From: Candidatus Poribacteria bacterium
GTDB taxonomy: Bacteria; Poribacteria; WGA-4E; PCPOR2b
Direction: 5' to 3'
NCBI GenBank assembly: GCA_965198175.1
Contig: OZ240245.1
Location: forward strand, 2,848,001 to 2,912,000
Length of the DNA stretch: 64,000 nucleotides
Shown: positions 1-10,511 of the stretch, piece by piece
Layout of the letters: each line of letters begins with the position of its first letter
How positions within the stretch are numbered: position 1 is the first letter of the stretch
The notes under the pieces: model-generated
What the model was told of the DNA's origin: nothing
The model's database searches: none
What the model saw: only the letters and a program-made list of their open reading frames with translations
Made by a program: the position numbers and the translations under genes

Positions 1-164
1 GCCGACGAATCTTCTTTCTCACGCACTACTTCAGGTCCCTGTCGATCCAAGATCTCCGGCAAGGTTCCCTGTAGAATCTCCACCTCGCGGTCATCCAATA
101 AACCCGGGAAGAACAGGTAACCCTTTTCCTCGAACTGTTCAATCTGAGCCTCGCTAAGCTGCAT
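1..164 (-). CDS. Phytanoyl-CoA dioxygenase (PhyH)/ectoine hydroxylase-like protein, N-terminus (runs off window)
   Basis: Manual translation from ATG at 164: MQLSEAQIEQFEEKGYLFFPGLLDDREVEIL..., typical PhyH N-terminus (L-S/T-x-x-Q-I-x-x-F-x-x-x-G-Y); AGGAG RBS upstream. Confidence 0.7.
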   Translation of the reverse strand, partial: MQLSEAQIEQFEEKGYLFFPGLLDDREVEILQGTLPEILDRQGPEVVREKEDSS

Positions 165-266
165 AATGCTCCTGTGTTTCGTTATGACGTGCGGTAGTTA
201 CGTCAAACCGCGCGATCAATTTTATCGGGTGAAGGCACAAAGTGCAAGAAAATCCCGCAATCGCCG

Positions 267-320
267 CAAATCCTCCCCCTTGGCAAGGGGGAGTTAGAGG
301 GGGTTAGGTGCATTGCACAC
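267..320 (+). repeat. REP-like palindromic repeat (CTCCCCCTT-GGC-AAGGGGGAG...), copy 1
   Basis: Internal inverted repeat; near-identical direct copy at 14498-14550. Confidence 0.8.
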
Positions 321-391
321 GTGCTTGGGTAATAACATTCTTTTGTTTCACAATCTTTCAGATTGTGGCATGCGCAAACTAACAGTTTGCG

Positions 392-3364
392 CTACAAGAG
401 GGCGTCCAATTCATCCGCCAGCAACTGCGGATCCTTACATACATGAAACGCCCACTGACCGAGTTGACCCCAGTTGTTTACCGCGGACACCCACCGCGCG
501 GCACCGGCATATTTGGCGTGTTCCTTATCCGTTTCAAACCCCTTAATCTCCAAAATCAAATTGATTTCGTTCTTGAGCCGCACGATAAAGTCCGGCTCAT
601 AGTTGTGGGAAACCCCGGTATACTCATACGGAATGCTAAGTCCGAGATGGTCGTTGCGGACATAGTAATCAACTACCTCAGACTGCTCTAACCGGAAGCT
701 CGCCGAACGCTCCCAAGTCTCGGTATCAAGAACAACTTGATTCACGTGGCTGCGTTCCGTGCCGTGGCAATAACGGGTGGTCATGAAGTCCACATCCGCC
801 GATGTGCCAATCGGTTTGTAGCGGTTCACAATCGGCAGGAGCGGAGCCTCGCCCTGCGATTCATCCGGTTGGATTGCCGCGATAAGCCGTTCAACGACGC
901 GGCGCACATATTTTTCCTGCCCGAGTTCGCATTGGTTAATTCCACGAAAATCCACTTTCCTTGCGATGTAGGCATTGACCAACCGGTACACCTGCGGAAA
1001 TAGCCGGTGCCGCGATTGCAGGCGAAGCGCGGCGTGGCTGTTAGGATTCGGGTGCGTCTTACTGTCGCCGACCAAGTTCCAGACAATCTGACGCGAAATC
1101 TCAAACTTGATGGCTTGAATATGTGTTGTCCGATAATATTCCTCGCGGGTTTGCTCCTCGGACTTTCCGGGACCCAAGACAGAGGGACCTCCGGTTTCGT
1201 ATCCGACCGCTGGTTTGACAAAAACCGCGGTCGGTGTGCGCTCGGGTTCAATTAACAGCGGCTTCATCACGTTGATATCCGCCTTGATTTCGTTCTTCTT
1301 TAAGGCAAACGCGTATCCCTCAACGATTGGAAACCGTATCTCGTAGCCCACTCGCCCCGGTAATGCGCGAACATGATTCTTGGGTTTGTCGCCATCCTCG
1401 GATTTTCCGCGCGGGCGTCCCTTGAACGGAATCACGGAAAACGGGATGCCGTACACATCGACATAGTCCTCGGTCAACAACCCCGTTTCTGGGTCAGGCT
1501 TATAGCTCATTCGCCGCAACCCGCGCCCGACCACCTGTTCGCAGAGCAACTGGCTGGTGAAGGCGCGAAGTCCGAGGATGTGCGTTACGTTCTGAGCGTC
1601 CCATCCCTCGTTCAACATCGCCACCGACACGACGCACCGCACCTGCTCTCCCGGTTTCCCTCGCTTTCCAATGGTCGCCACAATCTGCCGCAGTTCTTCA
1701 GCCGCTTCCGACCCCTTCTTCGTCGGGTCCGCACTCTCTGCCTCAGCCAACTTCTTGCTGTCAATCCGAAGCGTTCGTAATACGCCGTCTTCGTTAGACA
1801 GCAATTCGGGAAACACCGTCCCACGTCCGTACGCTGTCCTCGTCCCTTTCTTCTTTTTCCCTCTGTTTTCTCCGACGATTTCAACCTCTTCCTCACCGGA
1901 GATTTTGCGGAAGAACATCTCCGCAATATCGGTATTGTCGCAGACGATAATCATAACTGGCGGCGTCTTGTCTTTGGCATCGGATGCCCCCTGAATGTAT
2001 TCGTAGCGTTCTTTCCATTGGCTGGCGAGTGTTCTGAGCGCATCCTCGGCATGAAGATACACGGCTTCCGGTTTCGGCTTCTTCGCCCTGCCCGGCAATC
2101 GCTCAGCGGGCTGGAGTAGCTCGTTAACCGCGCGCCAAAGCCTGAAGTATTTCGGCTCGGGACGACCGGTGGTGTCGCTCACGGGCAAGCGAGGGATTTT
2201 TGTAATCCCGCTCTCAATGGCGTCCACCAAACCGAAATCGCTGACCAGCCACGGGAACGGGGTGCCTTCAGGATGACCGCTGCCTTGAATGTAAAACGGC
2301 GTCGCGGAGAGATCGACGCAAAACCGTACACCGCACGCCCGGTTAATGGTGTCCAAGCCGGTAACCCAGACGGTAGCCTCCTGAACCTCGCTTTTTTCTG
2401 CGGCGGATAACTTCTCATCGGTGGGCGCCGGGCGGTAAGCGTGGTGCCCCTCATCGTTCAACACCATGATTGGCGCGCGTCCATACAGTTCGCCTAACAC
2501 GCGCTTCGCAAAGGCGTCCGGCGTCTCCTCGCCTTTATCGACCACTGCGTAGGTCTTGCCACCCTCAGCCTGTGGTGACTCCGGCGCGAATTGATGCCAG
2601 TTGGTCACCAGCACCTTACCGCTGTTGAGCAACGGGCGAAGTTTTGTCGGGATGAGTTCAAATTCATCGTAGTAGTTTTCCGACTTTTCAGGTCGCAGCA
2701 CCTGAAGCCGCTCTTTAATCGTCAAGTTCGGGCAGACGACCAGCGCCGCCCTTGGGAAACGCTCGTCGGAGGGCACCTTCCCGCGGTTGCAGAACGCCCA
2801 CGCAATCAACATCGCCATCACCACCGTCTTCCCGCTGCCGGTCGCCATCTTGCACCCGTAACGAATCAGTTTCGGGAGGTCTGCTATTTCTTCAGGCGAG
2901 TCAACCAGCTTATTGAGATTATCATCGGTGAATTGGGGATTAAAACCGATGCGTTTGTCCGGGCGGCGAATCTCGGCGAGCCAGATTATCGTCTCAACCG
3001 CTTCGCGCTGACAGAAAAACAGCTGGCGCTTCCTATCCTCGCGCGTCCAATGGTTCAGCAGTTCCCGCGTCACATTCGTTGCGTTCCGATAATTCGATTC
3101 CCGCCAGCGTTTGACATCGGCGCGTAACGCATTCACCATCGGCAGGTCGTCCCGTTCCTCTTCCTGAACGAAACGCATTTGAAGTTGCTCGGTTCCCGTG
3201 CGTTGCGTCTTGTACCAGTAGCCTGCCTCGCGGCGCCCCGTTTGCCTGTTAGCTTCGCCCGTTTTCGTGTCATAAACCCAATGCGAATCCGGTTCCTTGA
3301 AAGGGTTGCAAAGGATGGGCTGTTCAACCGGTTGAATTGGGATTTCGAGTTGGTTTTGGTTCAT
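392..3364 (-). CDS. res: Type III restriction endonuclease Res subunit (SF2 helicase + PD-(D/E)xK nuclease)
   Basis: Walker A MATGSGKT, DEGHH, SATP, QVVGRGLRR, C-terminal YEPDF...LEIKG; start chosen at ATG 3364 after a GAGGAAGGAG RBS. Confidence 0.9.
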   Translation of the reverse strand: MNQNQLEIPIQPVEQPILCNPFKEPDSHWVYDTKTGEANRQTGRREAGYWYKTQRTGTEQLQMRFVQEEERDDLPMVNALRADVKRWRESNYRNATNVTRELLNHWTREDRKRQLFFCQREAVETIIWLAEIRRPDKRIGFNPQFTDDNLNKLVDSPEEIADLPKLIRYGCKMATGSGKTVVMAMLIAWAFCNRGKVPSDERFPRAALVVCPNLTIKERLQVLRPEKSENYYDEFELIPTKLRPLLNSGKVLVTNWHQFAPESPQAEGGKTYAVVDKGEETPDAFAKRVLGELYGRAPIMVLNDEGHHAYRPAPTDEKLSAAEKSEVQEATVWVTGLDTINRACGVRFCVDLSATPFYIQGSGHPEGTPFPWLVSDFGLVDAIESGITKIPRLPVSDTTGRPEPKYFRLWRAVNELLQPAERLPGRAKKPKPEAVYLHAEDALRTLASQWKERYEYIQGASDAKDKTPPVMIIVCDNTDIAEMFFRKISGEEEVEIVGENRGKKKKGTRTAYGRGTVFPELLSNEDGVLRTLRIDSKKLAEAESADPTKKGSEAAEELRQIVATIGKRGKPGEQVRCVVSVAMLNEGWDAQNVTHILGLRAFTSQLLCEQVVGRGLRRMSYKPDPETGLLTEDYVDVYGIPFSVIPFKGRPRGKSEDGDKPKNHVRALPGRVGYEIRFPIVEGYAFALKKNEIKADINVMKPLLIEPERTPTAVFVKPAVGYETGGPSVLGPGKSEEQTREEYYRTTHIQAIKFEISRQIVWNLVGDSKTHPNPNSHAALRLQSRHRLFPQVYRLVNAYIARKVDFRGINQCELGQEKYVRRVVERLIAAIQPDESQGEAPLLPIVNRYKPIGTSADVDFMTTRYCHGTERSHVNQVVLDTETWERSASFRLEQSEVVDYYVRNDHLGLSIPYEYTGVSHNYEPDFIVRLKNEINLILEIKGFETDKEHAKYAGAARWVSAVNNWGQLGQWAFHVCKDPQLLADELDALL

Positions 3365-3385
3365 AAAGACTCCTTCCTCTCTAAT

Positions 3386-3545
3386 TCCCCTCCTTACTAA
3401 GGAGGGATCAAGCGAGCGAAAAGCGAGCACGATAGTCTTAGAGCCCTCTCCCTCGGTGGGCTATCCTTGCCAGTTCTCTCATTCCTCATCCCCCTCCTTA
3501 CTAGGGAGGATCAAGCGAGCGAAATGCGAGTGCGATAGTTTTAGA
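3386..3545 (+). repeat. Two tandem ~57-nt copies of a palindrome-containing repeat (CCCCTCCTTACTAAGGAGGG-ATCAAGCGAGCGAAAAGCGAGCACGATAGTCTTAGA)
   Basis: Copies at ~3386-3442 and ~3489-3545; a partial inverted copy lies at 4971-5006. Confidence 0.85.
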
Positions 3546-3571
3546 CGCCTCTCTCGTTGACAATATACAAC

Positions 3572-4708
3572 TCACGCCTCCGCTCCATCACTTGCTTTTC
3601 CTGCTCGCCACTCTTCCACAAATTTAGGACCGTGCTTTTCTAACAACTCCAAGCACTTGTCCTCCACGCCAGACGACAAATCCTTCGCATGATTGGTCAG
3701 GATTTCCTTTATCGCATCTGGTTCATTGTATCTTTCAAAGTATCGGACTATCATGATTGGACCATCGTGTTCTCCCGGCAAATTCAAAGCGGGGATTGCT
3801 TTTCTCAAGATTGTAACCGAACTTCCTCGATTCAACTGCAGACCTATATCTGAAAGTGCAAATGCTGTGCCGTTTAAGAACAGATTCTTATGTCGTGGAT
3901 TGTCCTTTAACAGTCGCTTTAGGAAAAGTGTGAGTCCCTCAAACGCTTCCAATGTAGGTATCCGTCCAAGCAAAGTTGAAAAATGACGAAGGTATTGACG
4001 TGCGGGAACCTCCTCAATGCCTAAGTCTGAGTAAACAACCGAATTTAAAAACTCTAGAAACGGTGCAACCAATCGTGGAGACTTCCTAATAGCCAAAACC
4101 TTCGCAGCTTTACATCTGATATCTACGGCAAAATTTTCATCTTGAAATAGCGGCAAAAGCGATCCTTCTGTAAGAACCTTGATTTCTCCTGAATAAAACT
4201 CGTCGTCAACCGAGCTATAGTCAATATGCAATAACACACTAGCCGCATGCACTTTTGCTAACTCCACTAGTTCATTTTTAATCGTGTTCTGTTCTTTCAA
4301 GGCTCCCTTAAACCCATCAAGGTTCTTTTCCACAGCATTTGCAATTAACTGATTAGTCCTAGATTTGACCCAAATCAGAGCACCCGCTCCGAAAAGTGCT
4401 AGAATTGACAGGGTGATTATACCCCAATTTCGCAGCCATTCATCATTAAAATCCCTTAATTCTCTCTCAAACCTGCCAAACTCTGCATTTAGAAGTTTCG
4501 CTTGTGCATCGGTGTAGTTTCTGGCCAACTCCAGCTTCTCAACATTTTCCACAGTCTGAAGTTGTTTTTCCAGTTCCGCTACCCGGTTCTTTAGGGCTTC
4601 AATTTCCTGCGCTGTATGTTGTGGGCTATGATTCTGCTGTGCGGATACTGGCGGGGGTATCACTCCCAACAATGCCCCAAGCAGTAAGTACGCTATGAAT
4701 TGTTTCAT
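3572..4708 (-). CDS. Hypothetical exported/membrane protein (signal peptide, coiled coil, one TM helix, helical C-terminal domain)
   Basis: MKQFIAYLLLGALLGVIPPPVSA signal peptide; heptad-rich segment; hydrophobic WGIITLSILALFGAGALIW. Confidence 0.7.
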   Translation of the reverse strand: MKQFIAYLLLGALLGVIPPPVSAQQNHSPQHTAQEIEALKNRVAELEKQLQTVENVEKLELARNYTDAQAKLLNAEFGRFERELRDFNDEWLRNWGIITLSILALFGAGALIWVKSRTNQLIANAVEKNLDGFKGALKEQNTIKNELVELAKVHAASVLLHIDYSSVDDEFYSGEIKVLTEGSLLPLFQDENFAVDIRCKAAKVLAIRKSPRLVAPFLEFLNSVVYSDLGIEEVPARQYLRHFSTLLGRIPTLEAFEGLTLFLKRLLKDNPRHKNLFLNGTAFALSDIGLQLNRGSSVTILRKAIPALNLPGEHDGPIMIVRYFERYNEPDAIKEILTNHAKDLSSGVEDKCLELLEKHGPKFVEEWRAGKASDGAEA

Positions 4709-4765
4709 ATTCTTAACCCTTCGCTGTATTTCTAGGGATTTACAGTACACGCACCGTCAGAACGA

Positions 4766-4882
4766 TTGTCTGAATCGCGGATTCGCGCGGATTACTGGAT
4801 TTCACGGATTTTACGCCCAAAAGTTCTATCGGTTTTCTATCCGCGTCGTCCGTACAATCCGTTTAATCCGCGATTCAGACAA
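4766..4882. repeat. MITE-like element with perfect 18-nt terminal inverted repeats and internal ~9-nt GGATT/AATCC sub-repeats
   Basis: TTGTCTGAATCGCGGATT ... AATCCGCGATTCAGACAA. Confidence 0.8.
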
Positions 4883-4964
4883 GGAAGCATCCTAGCACGT
4901 GCGTTGATTTCCAATGCGTCAGGTATCCACAAAATACATTCCAAAAAACGCAGCAACCCCAAAA

Positions 4965-7933
4965 CTAGTAAAGACTATCGTACTCACTATTCGTTCGCTT
5001 GATCCCCCGCAAATCGTGCACCCGCATCACCTCATTCCCCCGCGGGTCAATGACCTTGACCGCGACGCGCCGGTGTTCACCTGCGGGGAACGGCAGTGAT
5101 TCCGTTCCGCTGAACCTCTCAAACTGCTCTGGCTCAATGACGCTCTTGAGTGCCCTTGCGATTTTGTTCCAAGCCTTTTTGTCGGGGAAGAACGCTTGAG
5201 TGATGCAGAACGTCCTGCCGTCGTAGTCGCTGTCAATAAACCACGCCGCCACCTTGTCAGCGCCTGCGGAACTCACCGTGTTCTCTACGGGGTTGTAGAC
5301 ATCCACACCTTCCATATTGACGATGTACTCCCCGTCCCCCGTAGTTTCGATTGTGGTACGCGGTGCACCGAACACGGTGAACAGTTGACTGGACGGCGTA
5401 TCCTTGAGTAAATCTCCCATCGTGACGTCAGGGGTAATGAGCGCCATGTGTACACGAACTCTCGCATCGGGATCTTCTTGGATAACCGCCTGTGCGGCGC
5501 CGTCAAATCCGAAGCCCGCGAACACCAAATCATTGTAGTCGCGCCGAAATGCAATCCGCAAGCAGTCTTCAACCTGAATCGCCGTCACCGGACCGTGTTG
5601 CGGTCCGAAAACAACCGCAATCCGGCGTTCCTCGGTGTCATCTTCCCAACTTCCTTCGGCGTGAAGGATACCGCCTTCTAGCGGTTCAAGTGACGCGAAT
5701 TTCATCCGCTTGTTGTCGGCAAATCCCACACCGTCATTTCTTAGCAGGCGTATCATCTGTTCAAGATACGCCTCGGCATTGGTAGGCTCGTGCTCCACGT
5801 CGCCAGTCTCAAAAGTATCCAATTCTTCTTCCGCTTCACCGCCAATCGGCGAATCTTCGCCGAGAGATTCTTCGGCAGGTTGCACCGCCTCGACTGTGAA
5901 GGGACCGCTCACCCGCAGTTTCTTTCTGTCTACATCGGGCTGATCGGCCAATTCCTCGCTGTCGGCAGACGCGGCGATACACGCATTGACCTCATCCATC
6001 TTCGCCCGCCACGCCTCGCGGTAATCCGTTAAGGCGCGCTTCAATTCAGTGGTCCAATCGGGATCGGTGTCAAACGGCACTTCCCACTCGTTCCAACCGT
6101 CTGCCGGTAGTTCCCATCGCCGCCGGTCAGCCTCGGTAACAGCTTTTTTGCCCTCGCGTTTCTCCTTCGCTGCAAGTTTGGCTCGTAGCGCGGTGCGAAT
6201 CTCTGGTGTAACACCCTCCAAAGCGCGGTTCAGCACCTCCAACTTCTCCACAAGAATCGGCTCATATTTTGCGAAGATGGGGTCAAGTGCGTTGTTCTGG
6301 GCTATGCTTTTGAGCGTAATGTGCGGCACGGTTTTGTTGATGAATCCGCCCGCGACACCTTTCGATTCGTCTTTCAGTTCATAGTATTCAAAGGTCTCTG
6401 TTAGTAGACGCTGACGCGCCAAGGCGACAGCGACGCGGCTAGTGTCAATGGTTATCCAGCGTCTTCCCCACTGCTCTGCGACGTAAGCGGTCGTGCCACT
6501 GCCGCAAGTCGGATCGAGAACGAGATCGCCCGGGTCAGTGGTCATGAGGAGGCAACGTTGGATGGCTTTTGGATTTGTTTGGACGACATAGGATTTCGAC
6601 AATTCTGGCCCTGTATCTGTCCAGTTCACTGTCAGTTCCTGAAGAGGAAAATCATCAAAATAGCGAATGGCACGAATCACCGTTCTTTCCTGTTTAATTC
6701 TTCCTGCATTTGCCAAACGTCGGAAGCCTTCTTCTGAATAGCGCCAACTACCAGCAGGGATTGTCCATTTCTTTCCTGCGAATTCGCGCGGGGTGCTTTG
6801 TTGCCGTCGCTCTTGGAGTGAAGTGGAGCGGTCTGATACGTACGCCAGCTTGAATCGAGAATCTCAGGTTTTGAGCGTTCTGAATCAGTCATTGAGCGAT
6901 GCTTCCCGTTTTTGTCTTCAATAATGTGAAAATTGCGCGTATCTATTTTTGATTCTGCGAACAATCGCCTAAATTTTATTGTTTCCTTATCTTTTGCATA
7001 CCACAAGAGAAAATCATTTACTCTGAGGGGAGCACTTTTTTGACTCATTCCTGTCGTCGTCCTGTAAGTTATTAAGCTAACAAAATTCTCGCTTCCAAAC
7101 ACCTCATCCATTAGGCTCCGCACCCGATGCACATTCTCATCACTAATCTGCACAAATATACTTCCGCTGTCCGTTAATAACTCTTTTGCCACAATCAGAC
7201 GGTCACGTAGATAGGCGAGATACGAGTGGACGCCTAGCGTCCACGTATCGCGGTAGGCTTTGATCTGCTCCCGTTCGCGGGTTAGGTCGCTCTCCTTGTC
7301 TTTCACATCCTTTTGAAAGACGGTGGGCTGAAAGTTTGAGGCGAACTTGATGCCATATGGCGGATCGATGTAGATCATCTGCACTTTGCCGGCAAGGTCT
7401 TCGCGATGCGCCAGCGAACTCATCACGGTCAGGCTATCGCCCAATATGAGACGGTTCGACCAATCCACGTCGTGCTGGTAGGACTGCACGACTTCGTGGT
7501 ACGCCTGCTGCGGATCGGCGAAGAGCTCTCGCTGCACATCTTCCCGCTGCGCCGCCTTCACGATTGCTTGTGTGCTCACGCGTTCGTGGATATGTAACGC
7601 CACCGGATCGACTGCGAACGATTTCGCCTCCTGTTTTCCCGCCCATTCCAGCCATGGATTTTGGCGCCTCAACGCCGCCGCGAGGATTTGCACTTCATCG
7701 GCGGATAGAATTTCCCGTTGCGCCTTTTCGAGCAACTCTGGCAGTCGGTCGGAGTCCCCGCTCTCGTCAAATCGCAGAACAGGCGGCAGGTGCGGGTTAT
7801 AGGCGTATTCCCGTTTCGGCTTTTCGCGAATCTTCGCATGTGAAGCAATCCCCGCAGGCGGATTATTCTTCCGCGTCGCATCCTCGTGCCGGTAGTCTTT
7901 GACTTCCGTTTCCCGCCGTTTCTTTCGTGCCAT
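4965..7933 (-). pseudogene. mod: Type III-like Mod DNA methyltransferase (beta class), frameshifted near 6785-6790
   Basis: 5' ORF carries the DPPY catalytic motif and 3' ORF carries the DPTCGSGTT SAM-binding motif; removing one CG from CCCCGCGCGAATTC restores ...KAPREFAGKKWTIPAGSWRYSEEGFRRLANAGRI... Confidence 0.85.
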
Positions 7934-7997
7934 ATTGGTCTTTCCTTCTTTCAAACCTCTATTTTGAGATTTTGTTGCAATTCATTTCCGATCAAAA

Positions 7998-8468
7998 CTA
8001 GAACGTCCAACCCTCTTTTCCCATGAAGCCTTGAAGGTTTGTACAGTCAACCTCAAAGTGCTTACAAACGTTTGGGATTTTCGCGGCGTTTGGTCTTTGG
8101 CTTTCCTCTGTAACCACGCAGCCATTTAAGATTCTTGCTTTTGCGATAACAAATGGATCAGCACGTAGATTCCCAGCTAATCGATCCTTCTCACTTAATA
8201 ACATCTGAAAATTCCGAACAGAGAAAATTTCGGTAACAAACTGCGTCTCCGCTGAACTAGGGAGCAGGAAAATATCTCTGTTGTTTTTCACCCAATCAGA
8301 AAGGTGGGGATAAGGTGTGTAGTGTTCTAGCTCTCGGCGCACCTCTTTCACGGAGATGATCTTTCCAATTGCTACCGCCTGATTGAATTTCTTCCAAAAG
8401 GTTGGAAATTGTTCAGGATAGTAATTACCAATCACGCTAAAGCTGTTCGTGTCAAAAACGTAAGCCAT
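7998..8468 (-). CDS. DUF4411-like PIN-fold putative ribonuclease
   Basis: YVFDTNS N-terminus, ADPFVIAKA, VVTEE, KIPNVC; start overlaps upstream stop (TAATG at 8466-8470). Confidence 0.8.
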   Translation of the reverse strand: MAYVFDTNSFSVIGNYYPEQFPTFWKKFNQAVAIGKIISVKEVRRELEHYTPYPHLSDWVKNNRDIFLLPSSAETQFVTEIFSVRNFQMLLSEKDRLAGNLRADPFVIAKARILNGCVVTEESQRPNAAKIPNVCKHFEVDCTNLQGFMGKEGWTF

Positions 8469-9607
8469 TAGCTGTTCACCTTCCTCAATAGGCAATCTTC
8501 CAGCCTAGGCAAATTTTTGACCTTGACATTCAGATGATCCGAAAGTTCTTCAATGGAACAACTTCCTTGATTATATCTACCGAACGCGAGTTCCAGGTAT
8601 CTGTAGCCTAAGTAAACTGCGCGGGTGTTGTAATAGTCGCCTCCTGACCCTTTTTGTGATCGTGCTTGATGCGCTTTAGCCCATTGCGCTGTCTTCTGCT
8701 TATAGTCGTCAGCGGTGAGAGTACCTCGGTCGACTAGTTTCAACAGAATGACTGGTCGGCTCACCTTATAATAATCTGCCAACTCCTTAATCGCAGCATC
8801 GTTGTAAACGGGATAATCTAGGCGTGTTTCCAAATGGTCAGATGGCACCAGAAATTCGGCGGCAAACTGGTTGCAAAACCGCTCAATTTGCTCCCCTCCA
8901 ATTTTGACCTCGCGCGTGATGCCATTCTCTCCGAGTAAGAGGTGAGCCAACTCATGAAAGAGTGAGAAAATTTGCCTCACATGCGCTCTACTGTTGTTCA
9001 GGTAGATTACCGGAAACTGCTCATGGACAAGACAAAAACCATCCACGAAGTCATTTCGGAATGCATCCTTAAAAACGTAGATGCCTTTTTCCTCAACCTG
9101 TTCTCGCCAGATGCCGAGTGCTTCTGTAGAGTCGGTCCAATCCGCCTGAGCTTCGATGTTTATGTCAAAATACTCGCGGGTTTGCCGCGCTAATTCTGTC
9201 ACTAAATCGTGAAGTTGAAAATGAAAGTCACGAAAGATTTTCCTATCCGCAGGGTTCGCACCCATATTCAATTCCATCAACGAAATCTGTCTCGAAGATG
9301 CTTGACGCAGCAACGTACGGATGTCTGGTCCTAATTTCTCAATTTCTGTGCTGCGCAGAGCTAGCTGTCTCGCTAGATCAGGCTCGTGCGGAACCACAGG
9401 GAAGAAAAACAGAGCGATAGGGCGTTTGAATTTATCCGCTAGTTTCTGAAGTTGCGCATAGGTCGGTGCGCCTGCGCCAGACTCCCAGTCAAAAATGGCT
9501 GTGACATCCTTCTTGAAAAAATTGGCGACTTCTCGCAACGTGTATCCTGAACGCTCTCTCGCCCACTTGATTATGGTGGGATTAATGCCTTGAACGTATT
9601 CAGCCAT
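8468..9607 (-). CDS. XRE-family HTH + ImmA/IrrE metallopeptidase
   Basis: N-terminal HTH (WARERSGYTLREVA...WESG), FSLFHELAH HExxH motif, ERFCNQFAAEFLVP. Confidence 0.88.
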   Translation of the reverse strand: MAEYVQGINPTIIKWARERSGYTLREVANFFKKDVTAIFDWESGAGAPTYAQLQKLADKFKRPIALFFFPVVPHEPDLARQLALRSTEIEKLGPDIRTLLRQASSRQISLMELNMGANPADRKIFRDFHFQLHDLVTELARQTREYFDINIEAQADWTDSTEALGIWREQVEEKGIYVFKDAFRNDFVDGFCLVHEQFPVIYLNNSRAHVRQIFSLFHELAHLLLGENGITREVKIGGEQIERFCNQFAAEFLVPSDHLETRLDYPVYNDAAIKELADYYKVSRPVILLKLVDRGTLTADDYKQKTAQWAKAHQARSQKGSGGDYYNTRAVYLGYRYLELAFGRYNQGSCSIEELSDHLNVKVKNLPRLEDCLLRKVNS

Positions 9608-9727
9608 GAAATCATCTCACATGTGAAGATTGAACGTAGTAAAGCGTAATCGTGGATGGTAAACTTGAAATGCAGATACAATGCTCTTGCATTTCGAGTT
9701 TGAAAATCTCATAAGCTCTGTAATGCC

Positions 9728-10258
9728 CTATAGCCTAGCCAGCAGTTCCTGTTTCTTCGATTCAAACTCACCGTCGGTCAGGATCTCTTCGCTCTTAAGC
9801 TCAGCGAGTTTCCGGATTTGGTCGATAACATCGACTCCGGTATTTGTGGGAGCAGTCTCCCGATCCTGTTTCGTTTTAAATACCCCAGCTCGTGAAAGCG
9901 CCCATACGCTCCCAATTAACAACCCCAGCGGTAACACTTTCATGTGCCAAGGGAACCAAGCATACGGGCGGTACATTTGGTCAGAAATAAAATCAGGTCT
10001 ACTTCCAGAAACCATCACTAGACAAACCAACAAACCCGCTAATGTCGGCAGGACAAAGGCGATGCGAATCTCCCTGCGTTCGATTGCCCAACATATCCCA
10101 ACACACAGGCCAAATACCGCACCACCCGCAACCCAAACAAAATACAACTCAGGATTGTGTCGCATATTCATCGACAAAATTAGCGCCACCGCTATCGCGA
10201 ACCCAGCGGTACACGCGACCACCTTCAGGACTGCTACTGCAACCTTACCAAAAATCAT
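9728..10258 (-). CDS. Four-TM membrane protein with C-terminal SHOCT domain (paralog 1)
   Basis: Hydrophobic helices; C-terminal IRKLAELKSEEILTDGEFESKKQELL. Confidence 0.8.
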   Translation of the reverse strand: MIFGKVAVAVLKVVACTAGFAIAVALILSMNMRHNPELYFVWVAGGAVFGLCVGICWAIERREIRIAFVLPTLAGLLVCLVMVSGSRPDFISDQMYRPYAWFPWHMKVLPLGLLIGSVWALSRAGVFKTKQDRETAPTNTGVDVIDQIRKLAELKSEEILTDGEFESKKQELLARL

Positions 10259-10511
10259 GGTGATCTGTCCTCCTTGTTGTTACGAATTAAGGCTCAAAGC
10301 GCCGCGCCTATTCTCATTTAGCATTTAGAACACTGTGCTCAGGCACACTCTATGTCCAACAGAATCGCTGAGACAGCTGCTTCTCAAAAATTGACAACGT
10401 CGCAAAATCAAATGGCTTCCACGCCCGTCCCAACAATCCGTCGAATTTCAGTCTACAGTCATGAATGCGCTAGCATTGCGAAATTGAAGACGTCATAGAC
10501 TTTGCAATGCC

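Noticed and set aside
3386..3545. Possible mini CRISPR array
   Set aside because: Only two ~57-nt degenerate copies, a third is inverted elsewhere, and no cas genes are present
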